Positions 11,506-20,612 of a stretch of DNA of 64,000 nucleotides are shown in pieces; position 1 is the first letter of the stretch, and each line of letters begins with the position of its first letter. The notes beneath the pieces were generated by a model that ran no database searches, was not told the origin of the DNA, and saw only the letters and a list, made by a program, of their open reading frames with translations. The translations under genes and the position numbers were made by a program. The stretch lies in NCBI GenBank assembly GCA_028285755.1, contig JANQOQ010000008.1:193399-257398 (forward strand), read 5' to 3'. This DNA is from Puniceicoccaceae bacterium. GTDB taxonomy: Bacteria > Verrucomicrobiota > Verrucomicrobiia > Opitutales > JAFGAQ01.

Positions 11506-12591
11506 ATGGAAGAAGATCTCAAAAAGCTGCGAAAGGAAGTGGATGCGTGCGACCAGGCAATCGTAGAATTGTTGAACAAGCGTGCGAATGTGGCATATGA
11601 GATCGGCAAGCTGAAATCCCGTGAGGGGGCGGCTATTTATGATCCTACTCGTGAAGAGATCGTATACCAGACTGTGCAGGCTAAAAATGAGGGTCCTTTG
11701 CCTGAAAAGGCACTCCGAGCAATCTACCGTGAGATTATTTCGGCTGCGAAAGCTTTGGAAGGGAAGACTCGAATTGCTTACCTGGGTCCGGAGGCATCTT
11801 ACACTCACCAGGCATCCATGGCTTGCTTCGGGGCGAGTATGGAGTATGCACCGGCTCACACCATTGCCGATATTTTCAGCATTGTTGAAAGTGGGGAAGC
11901 CGACTATGGTGTAATCCCTATTGAAAACTCTACGGACGGTATCGTCCGGCACTCTCTGGATATGCTGGTGAGCACTGAGTTGTTTATAGTCAATCAGGTA
12001 TACTTAAATATCGAGCATAGCTTGATTTCGCATTCACCACTTGAGGAGATCACAACGGTTTGCTCGAAAGATCAGGCGCTGGGGCAATGTCGTGACTGGC
12101 TGCAAAGACATCTTCCTCAGGCGAACCAGATGGAAGTCGAGAGCACTTCACTGGCGGTAAAGATGGCCAATGAAAAAACGGGTTATGCGGCGATTGCCAG
12201 TGAGCTTGCAGCAGAACTTTATAAGGTGCCGGTGGTTGAAAATCGCATTCAGGATAAAAGCGATAATACGACCCGCTTCCTGGTGATCGGCAAAAATCCG
12301 GCAAAACCACTAAATGAGGGTAAGGATCGCACCAGCATTGTCGTATCGCTCAATGATGAGGTGGGTGCTCTTCAGGCAGCCCTTGAGGTGTTTGCTGCAG
12401 AGAACATTAATCTCGTGAAGATCGAATCCCGTCCCACACGTCGCAAAAACTGGGACTACTTTTTCTTCATCGATTTCGTGGGGCATTACGAGGAGCCTGC
12501 CGTGCAAAAAGTGCTGGAGGCATTGAAAAAGCAATCCCCATTCATTAAGTGGTTGGGAAGTTATCCGAATACCCAAGTGGTGAGTGCCTGA
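11506..12591 (+). CDS. pheA: Bifunctional chorismate mutase / prephenate dehydratase (P-protein)
   Basis: 361-aa ORF. It has an N-terminal chorismate mutase helix (LRKEVDACDQAIVELLNKR), a PDT domain (IAYLGPEASYTHQA) and an ACT domain with KIESRP. Confidence 0.92.
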   Translation: MEEDLKKLRKEVDACDQAIVELLNKRANVAYEIGKLKSREGAAIYDPTREEIVYQTVQAKNEGPLPEKALRAIYREIISAAKALEGKTRIAYLGPEASYTHQASMACFGASMEYAPAHTIADIFSIVESGEADYGVIPIENSTDGIVRHSLDMLVSTELFIVNQVYLNIEHSLISHSPLEEITTVCSKDQALGQCRDWLQRHLPQANQMEVESTSLAVKMANEKTGYAAIASELAAELYKVPVVENRIQDKSDNTTRFLVIGKNPAKPLNEGKDRTSIVVSLNDEVGALQAALEVFAAENINLVKIESRPTRRKNWDYFFFIDFVGHYEEPAVQKVLEALKKQSPFIKWLGSYPNTQVVSA

Positions 12592-12603
12592 TTGGAGAGG
12601 AAA

Positions 12604-13080
12604 ATGAGTATTGTTACACTAAGGCCCATAACCCGAGCAAACTTACTGGAGTGCCTTAATATGCAACTCGGAGAAGAGCAGAAGCGATTGATTGCTCCCA
12701 ATGCCAGCAGTCTTGCCGAGGCGTATGTGGATAAGAATCTGTATCCTTGGGCTATCTATGATCAAAAGGAACGGGGCTGGGAGAAACCTAATAGCAATAT
12801 GGTGGGATTTACGATGTATCAACTGGATTCCGGGGTTGGGTTTGTCCTTAGATTGATGATTGATGAGCGCTACCAGGGAAAAGGTTATGGTGAAGCGGCC
12901 ATGCGTGAAGTCATACGGAAAATGAAGCTTTGCCCGGCGGTTGAGATGATTGGAACCAGCCACCATATGGATAATCAGGTTGCCTCAGCACTTTACAAAA
13001 AAATAGGGTTTGTGCCGTGGGACATTGGGTGGGCAAAAAAATATGAAACTGAAGTCTACCTGAGGCTCAAAGAGGACTGA
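12604..13080 (+). CDS. GNAT-family N-acetyltransferase
   Basis: It carries the acetyl-CoA-binding motif RYQGKGYGEAAMREVI. A GGAGAGG Shine-Dalgarno lies just upstream of the ATG at 12604; the ORF-track start at 12592 is a TTG directly after the pheA stop. Confidence 0.8.
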   Translation: MSIVTLRPITRANLLECLNMQLGEEQKRLIAPNASSLAEAYVDKNLYPWAIYDQKERGWEKPNSNMVGFTMYQLDSGVGFVLRLMIDERYQGKGYGEAAMREVIRKMKLCPAVEMIGTSHHMDNQVASALYKKIGFVPWDIGWAKKYETEVYLRLKED

Positions 13081-13085
13081 AAGCA

Positions 13086-14282
13086 ATGAGTGTAGCCAAA
13101 GCCGAAACCGCTGAGAATTTGATCGCGCGCAGATGCCGCGATGATTTTGTAACGCAGATGCGCCTGCAATATAATCCTTATTACCTGGCTTTTGAGAAGC
13201 AGAAGGGCACGCGGGTATGGCTCGATGGGCAGGAGATGGTCATGATCTCCAGCAATGAGTATCTGGGCCTTGGTGAGCATCCTAAAGTGATCGAAGCAGG
13301 CAAGAAGGCTCTGGAAGAATGGGGTAGCAGCACAACTGGAGCAAGACCCTCCAATGGTTCTCGTGCTTACCATGTGGAACTCGAAGAAATGATCGCCGAT
13401 TTCTTAGGCAAGGATGCCTGCCATGTGTCTGCAGCAGGTTATCTCTCCTGTATGTCATCAGTTGCCAGCTTTGCGCAACGGGGGGATGTAATCTTTGCAG
13501 ATAAAAATGTACATTCCTCCCTGGTCAGTGGGATGAAGCTCTCCGATGCGCGCATCGAGCGATTCAGCCATGGAAACCCAAAAGATTTGGAGGATATCCT
13601 TTCCTACGAAAAACCGGAGACGGCAAAGATGATACTCTTTGATGGGGTTTATTCCATGGAAGGGCATATTGCTCCGGCGCAGGAGTTTGTTCAGATTGGA
13701 AAAGCCAATGGCTGTTTCCTGGTGATGGATGATGCACACGGTTTTGGTGTTTTGGGGGACGGAGGTCGAGGCACTGCTAATTATTTTGGAATCACCGATG
13801 ATATTGATATTATTAGCGGCAGTTTTTCAAAGTCGCTCTCCAGTACAGGGGGGTTCGTTGCGGGAGATCAGGATCTGATTGATTATCTGCGTACTCATTC
13901 CAAACAGACCATTTTTAGCGCCGCCCTAAGTCCCAGCCAGGCTGCCTGTGCCAGGGCCAGCTTTGAGATACTGCAGACAGAACCTGAACATTTGGAAAAG
14001 CTGTGGATCAATACGCGCCGCATGAAGGCAATTTTCGAGGGCCTTGGTTTGGATACCTGGGGTAGTAACACGCCTGCACTTCCGGTAGTTATCGGTAATA
14101 AGGAGCAGGCCTACGTTTTCTGGAAAGCTCTGTTAGAGAAGGGTGTATTTACCGTGATTTCTACCTCTCCGAGTGTGCCGCCGGGTAAAGACCTTATACG
14201 AACCGCCGCCTCCTCCAGACATTCTGAGGAGGACTTCGCCATCATCGAAGAGGCTTTTGCCTACGCTGCGAAGCAGATCTAA
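13086..14282 (+). CDS. Alpha-oxoamine synthase family PLP enzyme (BioF / serine palmitoyltransferase-like acyltransferase)
   Basis: 398-aa ORF with family motifs DDAHGFGVLG and the PLP-lysine motif GSFSKSLSSTGGF. Subfamily (BioF, Kbl or Spt) cannot be resolved by eye. Confidence 0.85.
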   Translation: MSVAKAETAENLIARRCRDDFVTQMRLQYNPYYLAFEKQKGTRVWLDGQEMVMISSNEYLGLGEHPKVIEAGKKALEEWGSSTTGARPSNGSRAYHVELEEMIADFLGKDACHVSAAGYLSCMSSVASFAQRGDVIFADKNVHSSLVSGMKLSDARIERFSHGNPKDLEDILSYEKPETAKMILFDGVYSMEGHIAPAQEFVQIGKANGCFLVMDDAHGFGVLGDGGRGTANYFGITDDIDIISGSFSKSLSSTGGFVAGDQDLIDYLRTHSKQTIFSAALSPSQAACARASFEILQTEPEHLEKLWINTRRMKAIFEGLGLDTWGSNTPALPVVIGNKEQAYVFWKALLEKGVFTVISTSPSVPPGKDLIRTAASSRHSEEDFAIIEEAFAYAAKQI

Positions 14283-15514
14283 TTGCGCGACTCGAAATCG
14301 CGAATCATTATATTGTAGAGCTTCTGCGTATTTTTGCGGGCGTTGAAATTCGTTTCCGTCCAAAGGCGAGCAGCAGCACCCAATGCTTTGCGTCGGGGAT
14401 AGTCGCCGATCAAGTCTTTAATGGTGAGCACCCAGTCTTCGGTTGGTCTTAAGGGCAGTATGGCCAGCTCGTAGTCGGCTTTAAAGGCCTCCATCACGCC
14501 GGTATCGGGTGTACTTAAGACGGGAAGGCCTCGTGCCATCGCCTCAGGGATGACATTTGCCAGACCATTACGATCTCCATCCTTGGCGATTACTCCTGTG
14601 AATACAAAAAGATCCGCCTGGCTATAGTAAAACTGAGTTTCGGCATGCGGTATTGCACCCACCAGGTTAATGTGATCTGAAAGGCCGTAGGCTTCGATTT
14701 CGTGCTCGAGTGTTTTGCGCAGCGGGCCTTCACCCACGATGTCCACCTTAAAGGGGATCGCCCTGCGTCGCAGATCGTTGTAGATTTTCAATTGCTCCTC
14801 ATAGCCCTTCTTTTCTACCAAGCGTCCGATGGTTAATATTCTTAATTCGTGGATGCTTTTCCTGAGCTGGTTGATAGGTGGAAGGCTCGACAACCCTCTG
14901 CGAATCATATGAACGTGCCCGGCATCCGCACCCAATTCGACCAGATAATCCTTTGCAAACTGCGTAGAACTGTGGATGAAATTGGAGTTTTCTGCCTTGG
15001 GTTTAAGCAGACAATCTCCCCCTTTTTGAAAAATATCGTAGGCGTGGGCCCCCATCGAAAAGGGGGTATCGATCAAGCCTTTCAGCAGCAATGCCGCTGT
15101 GCTGGGCATTGTCGCCCATACTGCGTGGATCAAATCCGGCTGCCATTTTTGGATCTGTTTGGCCCGGATGAATGCAAAGGCGATGCCCAGGAGAGTTTCG
15201 AGCCAATTTTTAAAATACTGAGGGCGGCTTTTTGAGATTTTACGAAAAATCGCAAGGGTTGCCTCCTTTCTTTTAACATACCAGTAGGGTAACCAGTAGA
15301 AGAGAGTTAATAGCTCAATAAGTTCGAATTTATGGACACGCAGGTCTTCAAATTTACGCTTTCCCCCCCAAATAGTGTAGAGCCGCAAGTGCTGCACCTT
15401 GCCCTTCATGATCTGCATTTCGCGCTGCAGGAAGGTTTCGCTAACGAGCGGGAAAGTCGTGTAGATATAACAAAGCCTCAAATCGTCGGCATTGCGTGGC
15501 TGCGACTCATTCAT
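14279..15514 (-). CDS. Glycosyltransferase, GT4 (GT-B fold, Glycos_transf_1)
   Basis: 411-aa ORF. The C-terminal domain has GRLVEKKGY ... NGLANVIPEAMARGLPVLST, typical of GT4. Confidence 0.85.
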   Translation of the reverse strand: MNESQPRNADDLRLCYIYTTFPLVSETFLQREMQIMKGKVQHLRLYTIWGGKRKFEDLRVHKFELIELLTLFYWLPYWYVKRKEATLAIFRKISKSRPQYFKNWLETLLGIAFAFIRAKQIQKWQPDLIHAVWATMPSTAALLLKGLIDTPFSMGAHAYDIFQKGGDCLLKPKAENSNFIHSSTQFAKDYLVELGADAGHVHMIRRGLSSLPPINQLRKSIHELRILTIGRLVEKKGYEEQLKIYNDLRRRAIPFKVDIVGEGPLRKTLEHEIEAYGLSDHINLVGAIPHAETQFYYSQADLFVFTGVIAKDGDRNGLANVIPEAMARGLPVLSTPDTGVMEAFKADYELAILPLRPTEDWVLTIKDLIGDYPRRKALGAAARLWTETNFNARKNTQKLYNIMIRDFESRN

Positions 15515-15520
15515 GGTGGA

Positions 15521-16003
15521 TTAATCGCCCTTTATGTAATCAAAGAGCAGCGTGATCTGCTCAACGACGGCAACGCGATCCTCGCCGATACGCGTACACC
15601 CACTGAATGTGAACATCGGGTGGCGAATACGTTTCACGTTGATTTCCATTTCGAGAACGTCTCCCGGTTTGCAGATTCGGTGGCACCTGACCCCATCGCA
15701 GGAGGTGAAGTAGACGCTTTTAGGATCAGGGGTTGTTTCCAGTTTTTCGTGGGGACCTTTTAGCAGGGAAAACACGCCAAGCTGCCCTAGCGCTTCCAAT
15801 AAGATCGATGCGGGAAAAACCGGCTGATGCTTAAAATGTCCTTCCAGAAATGATTCGTCCCCGCGTATTTGGTAAATGCCTGTTGCCTGGGCTCCTTCTA
15901 CATCAGCGGCATCCAGGAACAGGAAGGGATCCTGGTGGGGCATGATGGATTCAATATCCTGCCGTTGGAACTTAAAGTCCCCTAGATTAGGTATTTCCAC
16001 CAC
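15521..16003 (-). CDS. FabA/FabZ-like hotdog-fold (3-hydroxyacyl-ACP) dehydratase
   Basis: DIESIMPHQDPFLFLD matches the DI..LPHR.PFLLVD motif, and FLEGHFKHQPVFPASILLEALGQL carries the catalytic-His motif. The start is uncertain: the ORF-track ATG at 16066 overlaps the ACP gene by 80 nt, whereas GTG at 16003/16000 would give a short coupled overlap. Confidence 0.72.
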   Translation of the reverse strand: MVEIPNLGDFKFQRQDIESIMPHQDPFLFLDAADVEGAQATGIYQIRGDESFLEGHFKHQPVFPASILLEALGQLGVFSLLKGPHEKLETTPDPKSVYFTSCDGVRCHRICKPGDVLEMEINVKRIRHPMFTFSGCTRIGEDRVAVVEQITLLFDYIKGD

Positions 16004-16358
16004 CCAATTTCTCAGCGATGTAGGCGTTGATGTCGTTGATAGTAGCCAAGTCCCTGAGATCTTCATTATCCACGGATACTCCCAGGGTTTCCTCTACCAG
16101 GATCACGATTTCCATCATCGTCAGGGAGTCTACCCCCAAATCGTCAAATAACTTAAGGTCGTCACCCCCATTTTGTAGCAAGGGGCGGTTTTCGGGTTCT
16201 AAAAATCGTTCAATGATGCCTTTTACTATTACCGGAGCAAGTTGCGGGTCCCGATTACTACGATAAGCAATCGCTGCATCAATGGTTTCCGGGGAGCAGC
16301 GTCGCAAGGACTCCTTTAAGCTCTCCAAGGCTTGAGTATCTACGGGTTGATTAGCCAC
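15987..16358 (-). CDS. Acyl carrier protein with an N-terminal extension of about 45 aa
   Basis: The phosphopantetheine attachment motif LGVDSLTMMEIV (DSL) sits in the C-terminal 75 aa of a 123-aa ORF. Confidence 0.8.
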   Translation of the reverse strand: MANQPVDTQALESLKESLRRCSPETIDAAIAYRSNRDPQLAPVIVKGIIERFLEPENRPLLQNGGDDLKLFDDLGVDSLTMMEIVILVEETLGVSVDNEDLRDLATINDINAYIAEKLGGGNT

Positions 16359-16604
16359 AATAAATGGTTTGTTTTCGATGATCCTATCAGGTGATATCTT
16401 TTAGAATGATTAAAATGAACGATTCGTTCGATTAACTCAAATCCAAATTATCTGTCTATGAATATGCTACTTTTGGTTTGTTGGATGTAGTTGCAAGGTA
16501 TTTTATTGGGAACTGCAAAAATGATTTCGGAGTCGCAGAGCAAATTCTTGACCCAATGATTGGCAATTGCTTGTTTTACGCATTCTTAAATGGAAGATAT
16601 CATC

Positions 16605-17678
16605 ATGAGTGATCAGAAACCCGTAATCCTGACATGTGCGCAGCCCACCGGTGAAATGACCCTGGGCAATTACATTGGTGCAGTTAAGAACTGGGCGACC
16701 ATGCAGGATGATAATCAATGCTACTTTGGCATTGTGGATATGCATGCGATTACGGTGCGCCGCACTCCTGCAGAGTTGCGTAAGGCAACCTTATCCTTTC
16801 TGGCGCAATACCTTGCCTGTGGCTTGGATCCTGAGAAATCTGCATTGTTTGTCCAGTCGCACGTGATTGGCCATACAGAGCTGGCATGGGTACTTGGGTG
16901 TATGACACCGCTTGGTGAGCTGCAACGCATGACCCAATTTAAGGAGAAAGCTTCGAAGCTGGGTTTTCAGGTCAGTGAGGATGAGGGCTCGAACAACGAC
17001 CTCAAATTCACCCATGAATCCGCAAAGCCCCAGGCATCTGTAAACTCTGGATTGCTCTATTATCCAGTGCTTATGGCTGCTGATATTCTTCTATATAATG
17101 CAGACTCTGTGCCGGTGGGTGAGGACCAACGCCAGCACCTGGAGCTCGCCCGGGACCTAGCCGAGCGTTTTAACAACGCATATTCCGAAACGTTTATGGT
17201 TCCCGATCCCTACATACCGAAAGTGGGAGCGCGTGTGATGTCTCTGCAGGACCCGACTCGTAAAATGTCCAAGAGTGATGAAAATCAAAACGGGGTGCTT
17301 TACATCCTGGAATCTCCGGATAGTCTGCGCAAAAAGATTAAAAGTGCGGTCACGGACTCCGGGACGGAAATCCGGGTGGCGGATGATAAGCCGGGTATAT
17401 CCAATCTGTTGACGATTTCCAGTGCACTGCAGGATATTCCAGTACAAGAGCTTGAGGAGCGATACGTTGGCAGCAGCTATGCGACGCTTAAGGAAGACGT
17501 TGCAGATGTCGTCATTGAGGCGTTACGCCCCGTGCGTGAGCGCTATGAGGAAATCATCAGTGATAAGGCGGGTCTTGAAAAGATTCTCAAGGATGGTATG
17601 GAACGTGCGCAAGCCCGGGCCTTCAAGGTGCTCAATAAAGTGTATCGCAAGGTTGGATTTTTTGAGCGTGTGCGGTAA
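16605..17678 (+). CDS. trpS: Tryptophanyl-tRNA synthetase
   Basis: Class I motifs are present: [15 protein letters not shown] (HIGH-equivalent) and RKMSKSD (KMSKS). The start is taken at MSDQKPVIL (Met6 of the ORF). Confidence 0.94.
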   Translation: [357 protein letters not shown]

Positions 17679-17700
17679 CTTTAGTATCTAAAGACATACT

Positions 17701-18171
17701 ATGAAAACAATCCTGACTCTTAGTTTGATAATAGCTGCGCTGATCTTTTTCTCAGGATGCGGGGAAGAGGAATCAGAATCTGAAGTGGAAACCACTTTTG
17801 ATACCGTCAAAGAAAATACCAGTGAGGCGCTGGATAAAACAGGCGATTTTGTCGGTGAAAAATGGGATGACTTAAAAGACTACATGGGTCCCAAGATAGA
17901 TTCACTCGGCGATGAGCTCGCTGAGTTGCGGGATGAAGCCCAGGAACTGGGTGGAGAGTCTAAAGATAAGGCCAATGAGTTACTCAAAGATCTTGAAGAG
18001 CAAAAAGAAAAACTGGGAGAACAGCTCAATGGTCTGAAAAATGAGTCTGGTCAGAAGCTGGAATCTGCACAGGAAGACCTCTCGGAAAAATGGGATGAAT
18101 TAAAAACCCGCATACAGAACGCCAAGGAAGGTTTCCAAAAAGAAATCGAAGAGGAATCAGGCAGCGAGTGA
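17701..18171 (+). CDS. Acidic coiled-coil lipoprotein, function unknown
   Basis: Signal peptide with lipobox (IFFSGC), followed by E/K/D-rich heptad-like sequence. Confidence 0.6.
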   Translation: MKTILTLSLIIAALIFFSGCGEEESESEVETTFDTVKENTSEALDKTGDFVGEKWDDLKDYMGPKIDSLGDELAELRDEAQELGGESKDKANELLKDLEEQKEKLGEQLNGLKNESGQKLESAQEDLSEKWDELKTRIQNAKEGFQKEIEEESGSE

Positions 18172-20172
18172 GCTATTGCGCTTATTGCGGATAGAAGCAA
18201 ACGCCAGAGCCGCCTTCATCTTTTCATATTGGATAGGCTTCGCGAGGAAGTTATCCATCCCCGCCTGCTTGCACGAGATCTCATCTTCGGGGCTGGTTGA
18301 AGCCGTCAGCGCGATAATAGTTGGTTGCTTGGTTAGTGCCTCCAGCTGGCGAATGCGGCGGGTCGCCTGAATACCATCCAAATCCGGCATCTTCATATCC
18401 ATCAACACCAGATCAATATCGCCTTCCTCAACTCGGCTCACTGCATCTCTGCCGTTACTCACGATTTCAATTTCAAGCTGCATCTTCTTGAGCAGGAGTG
18501 CGGTCACCTTCTGGTTAACCAGATTATCCTCAGCCAATAGGATTTTCATGCGCGTGTCTACTTCGCTGTCCGCGTAATTCTCAAGCCGGTCAAAGCCTGC
18601 GTCAGGAGTGATGTTTGAGCGCTTACGTACCGGGAAATTGCTGTTTTGTAGGATCTTAAGATGGCTGCTGATGTCCGGGCTTTTTAGCGTAAATGCATCC
18701 GACAGACATTTGTGCAGATCATTGATGAGCAGGGGCTTCGGGCAAAGATAACTCAGCTCATGCTTGTCTGCATCGTCCAGGGCATAGAGGTTGCTGGGTT
18801 CGGTAATGACGATGATCGGGGGAATGAGCGGCAGTGTTTGCTCACGAATCTTGCGAATTTGGCGGGTGATGGTGGCAGTTTTCTCGTTTTTAGAATCGAG
18901 TATGATTACACTGTAGCATTGGTCCGAGCCGATGAATTCATTAATCTCACGGATCGCAGATACCTGTTCGCTCTCGACAGACCAGCTTGCCAGATGCCTT
19001 TCAATCAAGTCGCTGAGTGTCGGTTGTTGCGATACGATCAGCGCCTTGCGGTGCGGGAATTCGGTAAATTCACGATTTAGTCCGGCAGGATGTGCGGCAC
19101 GATTGAGCGGCAATAGTATCTCGATTTGGGTACCCTCTTCCGTATGACTCATAACGTCCATGGAGCCACTCATCGCTTCTGAAAGCAGTTTGCTAACACT
19201 CAATCCCAGTATACTGTGCCCGTGGGCAAGCGGATTATCGAGCTCAACCGCTCCTACCTCACAATTGCCATATCCTGTATCGGTTACAGTGAAATGCGCA
19301 AAGCTCTGGGCATTTTCAGCTCCATCAATTTCGAGTTTGAGCACAATTTCACCCTGATCCGTGTTTTGAAATGCGCGACTGAGCAGATTGATCAGGATTT
19401 GCTGGATACGTGAGGGATCTCCCATATAGAAGGGTAGAGGCTCACTGGGAATATCGCAGATAAAATCGACTGCCGAGTTCTGATACTCCGGTTGGAACAT
19501 TTGGGCGACCTCTTCAGTTAACCTCGAGAGATCCATAACCTCTTCGCTGAGAGCAAACTTACCCTCGTGCAGCTGGGTGAGATCCTGAATGTCATCGATC
19601 AGGGTCAGGGTGGTGCGGCAACTCACATCAGCCATCGCCATACAGTGCTGCTGATACGTATTAAGAGGGCTGTCTTTGAGGAGCTGAATTACCCCAACAA
19701 TACTGTTGAGCGGAGTGCGAAGATCCTGTCCCAGGCTTTTTAAAGTGGTATTTTGATAATCTCGGGCGTCCTTGAGCTTTTTCTTATATTGCTCAAGCTT
19801 TTGCTCAGCACTCGCGAGATTTTCCACACTGATTTTGGCCCGACGCTGATAGATCATTAAATACAATAGCAGCAACAAAGATATAACCGAGAGAGCACAG
19901 CCGAGATAAAAGTAATAATAATCGCCGCGTTGCTCCAGAAGGATTAACGTTTCTGAAAAGGCCACAATATGATTGCGGATACCCTCAGGCATGGGAACGG
20001 AATCGATAAACTCAAAGTAGATGGTTTCGAAGTGCGAACCGTTCGGAGTAGACCTAGATTCGCTATCGGAGATGGAGGTAGCCTGTTCCTGAGCGTGTGC
20101 CAACGGGCACCCTGCCAGGATCATGAAGGTCACCAAGCGTATGATTTTTAATCCAGACATAGAGATAATCAC
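18157..20172 (-). CDS. Hybrid sensor histidine-kinase-like protein with a C-terminal receiver; phospho-acceptor His and ATP-lid Asn are substituted
   Basis: 671-aa ORF with a signal/TM region and a HisKA-like box SLGQDLRTPLNSIVG (Q where SHELRTPL has H). The HATPase_c-like region has INLLSRAFQNT (R where N is expected) and DTGYGN. The C-terminal REC domain looks intact (KILLAEDN ... LVLMDMKMPDLDG ... ALTAS ... LAKP). Confidence 0.85.
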   Translation of the reverse strand: MIISMSGLKIIRLVTFMILAGCPLAHAQEQATSISDSESRSTPNGSHFETIYFEFIDSVPMPEGIRNHIVAFSETLILLEQRGDYYYFYLGCALSVISLLLLLYLMIYQRRAKISVENLASAEQKLEQYKKKLKDARDYQNTTLKSLGQDLRTPLNSIVGVIQLLKDSPLNTYQQHCMAMADVSCRTTLTLIDDIQDLTQLHEGKFALSEEVMDLSRLTEEVAQMFQPEYQNSAVDFICDIPSEPLPFYMGDPSRIQQILINLLSRAFQNTDQGEIVLKLEIDGAENAQSFAHFTVTDTGYGNCEVGAVELDNPLAHGHSILGLSVSKLLSEAMSGSMDVMSHTEEGTQIEILLPLNRAAHPAGLNREFTEFPHRKALIVSQQPTLSDLIERHLASWSVESEQVSAIREINEFIGSDQCYSVIILDSKNEKTATITRQIRKIREQTLPLIPPIIVITEPSNLYALDDADKHELSYLCPKPLLINDLHKCLSDAFTLKSPDISSHLKILQNSNFPVRKRSNITPDAGFDRLENYADSEVDTRMKILLAEDNLVNQKVTALLLKKMQLEIEIVSNGRDAVSRVEEGDIDLVLMDMKMPDLDGIQATRRIRQLEALTKQPTIIALTASTSPEDEISCKQAGMDNFLAKPIQYEKMKAALAFASIRNKRNSSLAA

Positions 20173-20320
20173 TGGGTTGATTATCTAAAATATCGGACGG
20201 CATTCGCATTTATGTTGTAAAAAATGGTCTTTAGCAAAGATTTCACCGCAAAAAAGAGAAAAATCCTGAAAATGCTTGCTATTATGCCCACGTTTTTTTC
20301 TTATTCTCGTTTACCCATGA

Positions 20321-20439
<119 letters not shown>

Positions 20440-20523
20440 GTATTTACGGGATTTTCTTTGATTTCAGAATTTGCTCTTCAAAATGTTGAACATTCTCGAA
20501 CATTCCTGCATTTTCGTGAACTA

Positions 20524-20546
20524 AAACCAAACTTTTCACCAAACCT
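20524..20546 (+). repeat. 23-nt arm repeat AAACCAAACTTTTCACCAAACCT (left arm copy)
   Basis: Perfect direct copy of 38506-38528. It lies 85 bp inside attL, and the other copy lies 46 bp inside attR. It is a candidate arm-type integrase or Xis binding site. Confidence 0.6.
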
Positions 20547-20612
20547 TTTTAACTCAAAACACCCTCAAATCCCTTTAGGTATCAGCCTGAAGGCCATTTA
20601 AGGCAAAACCTT

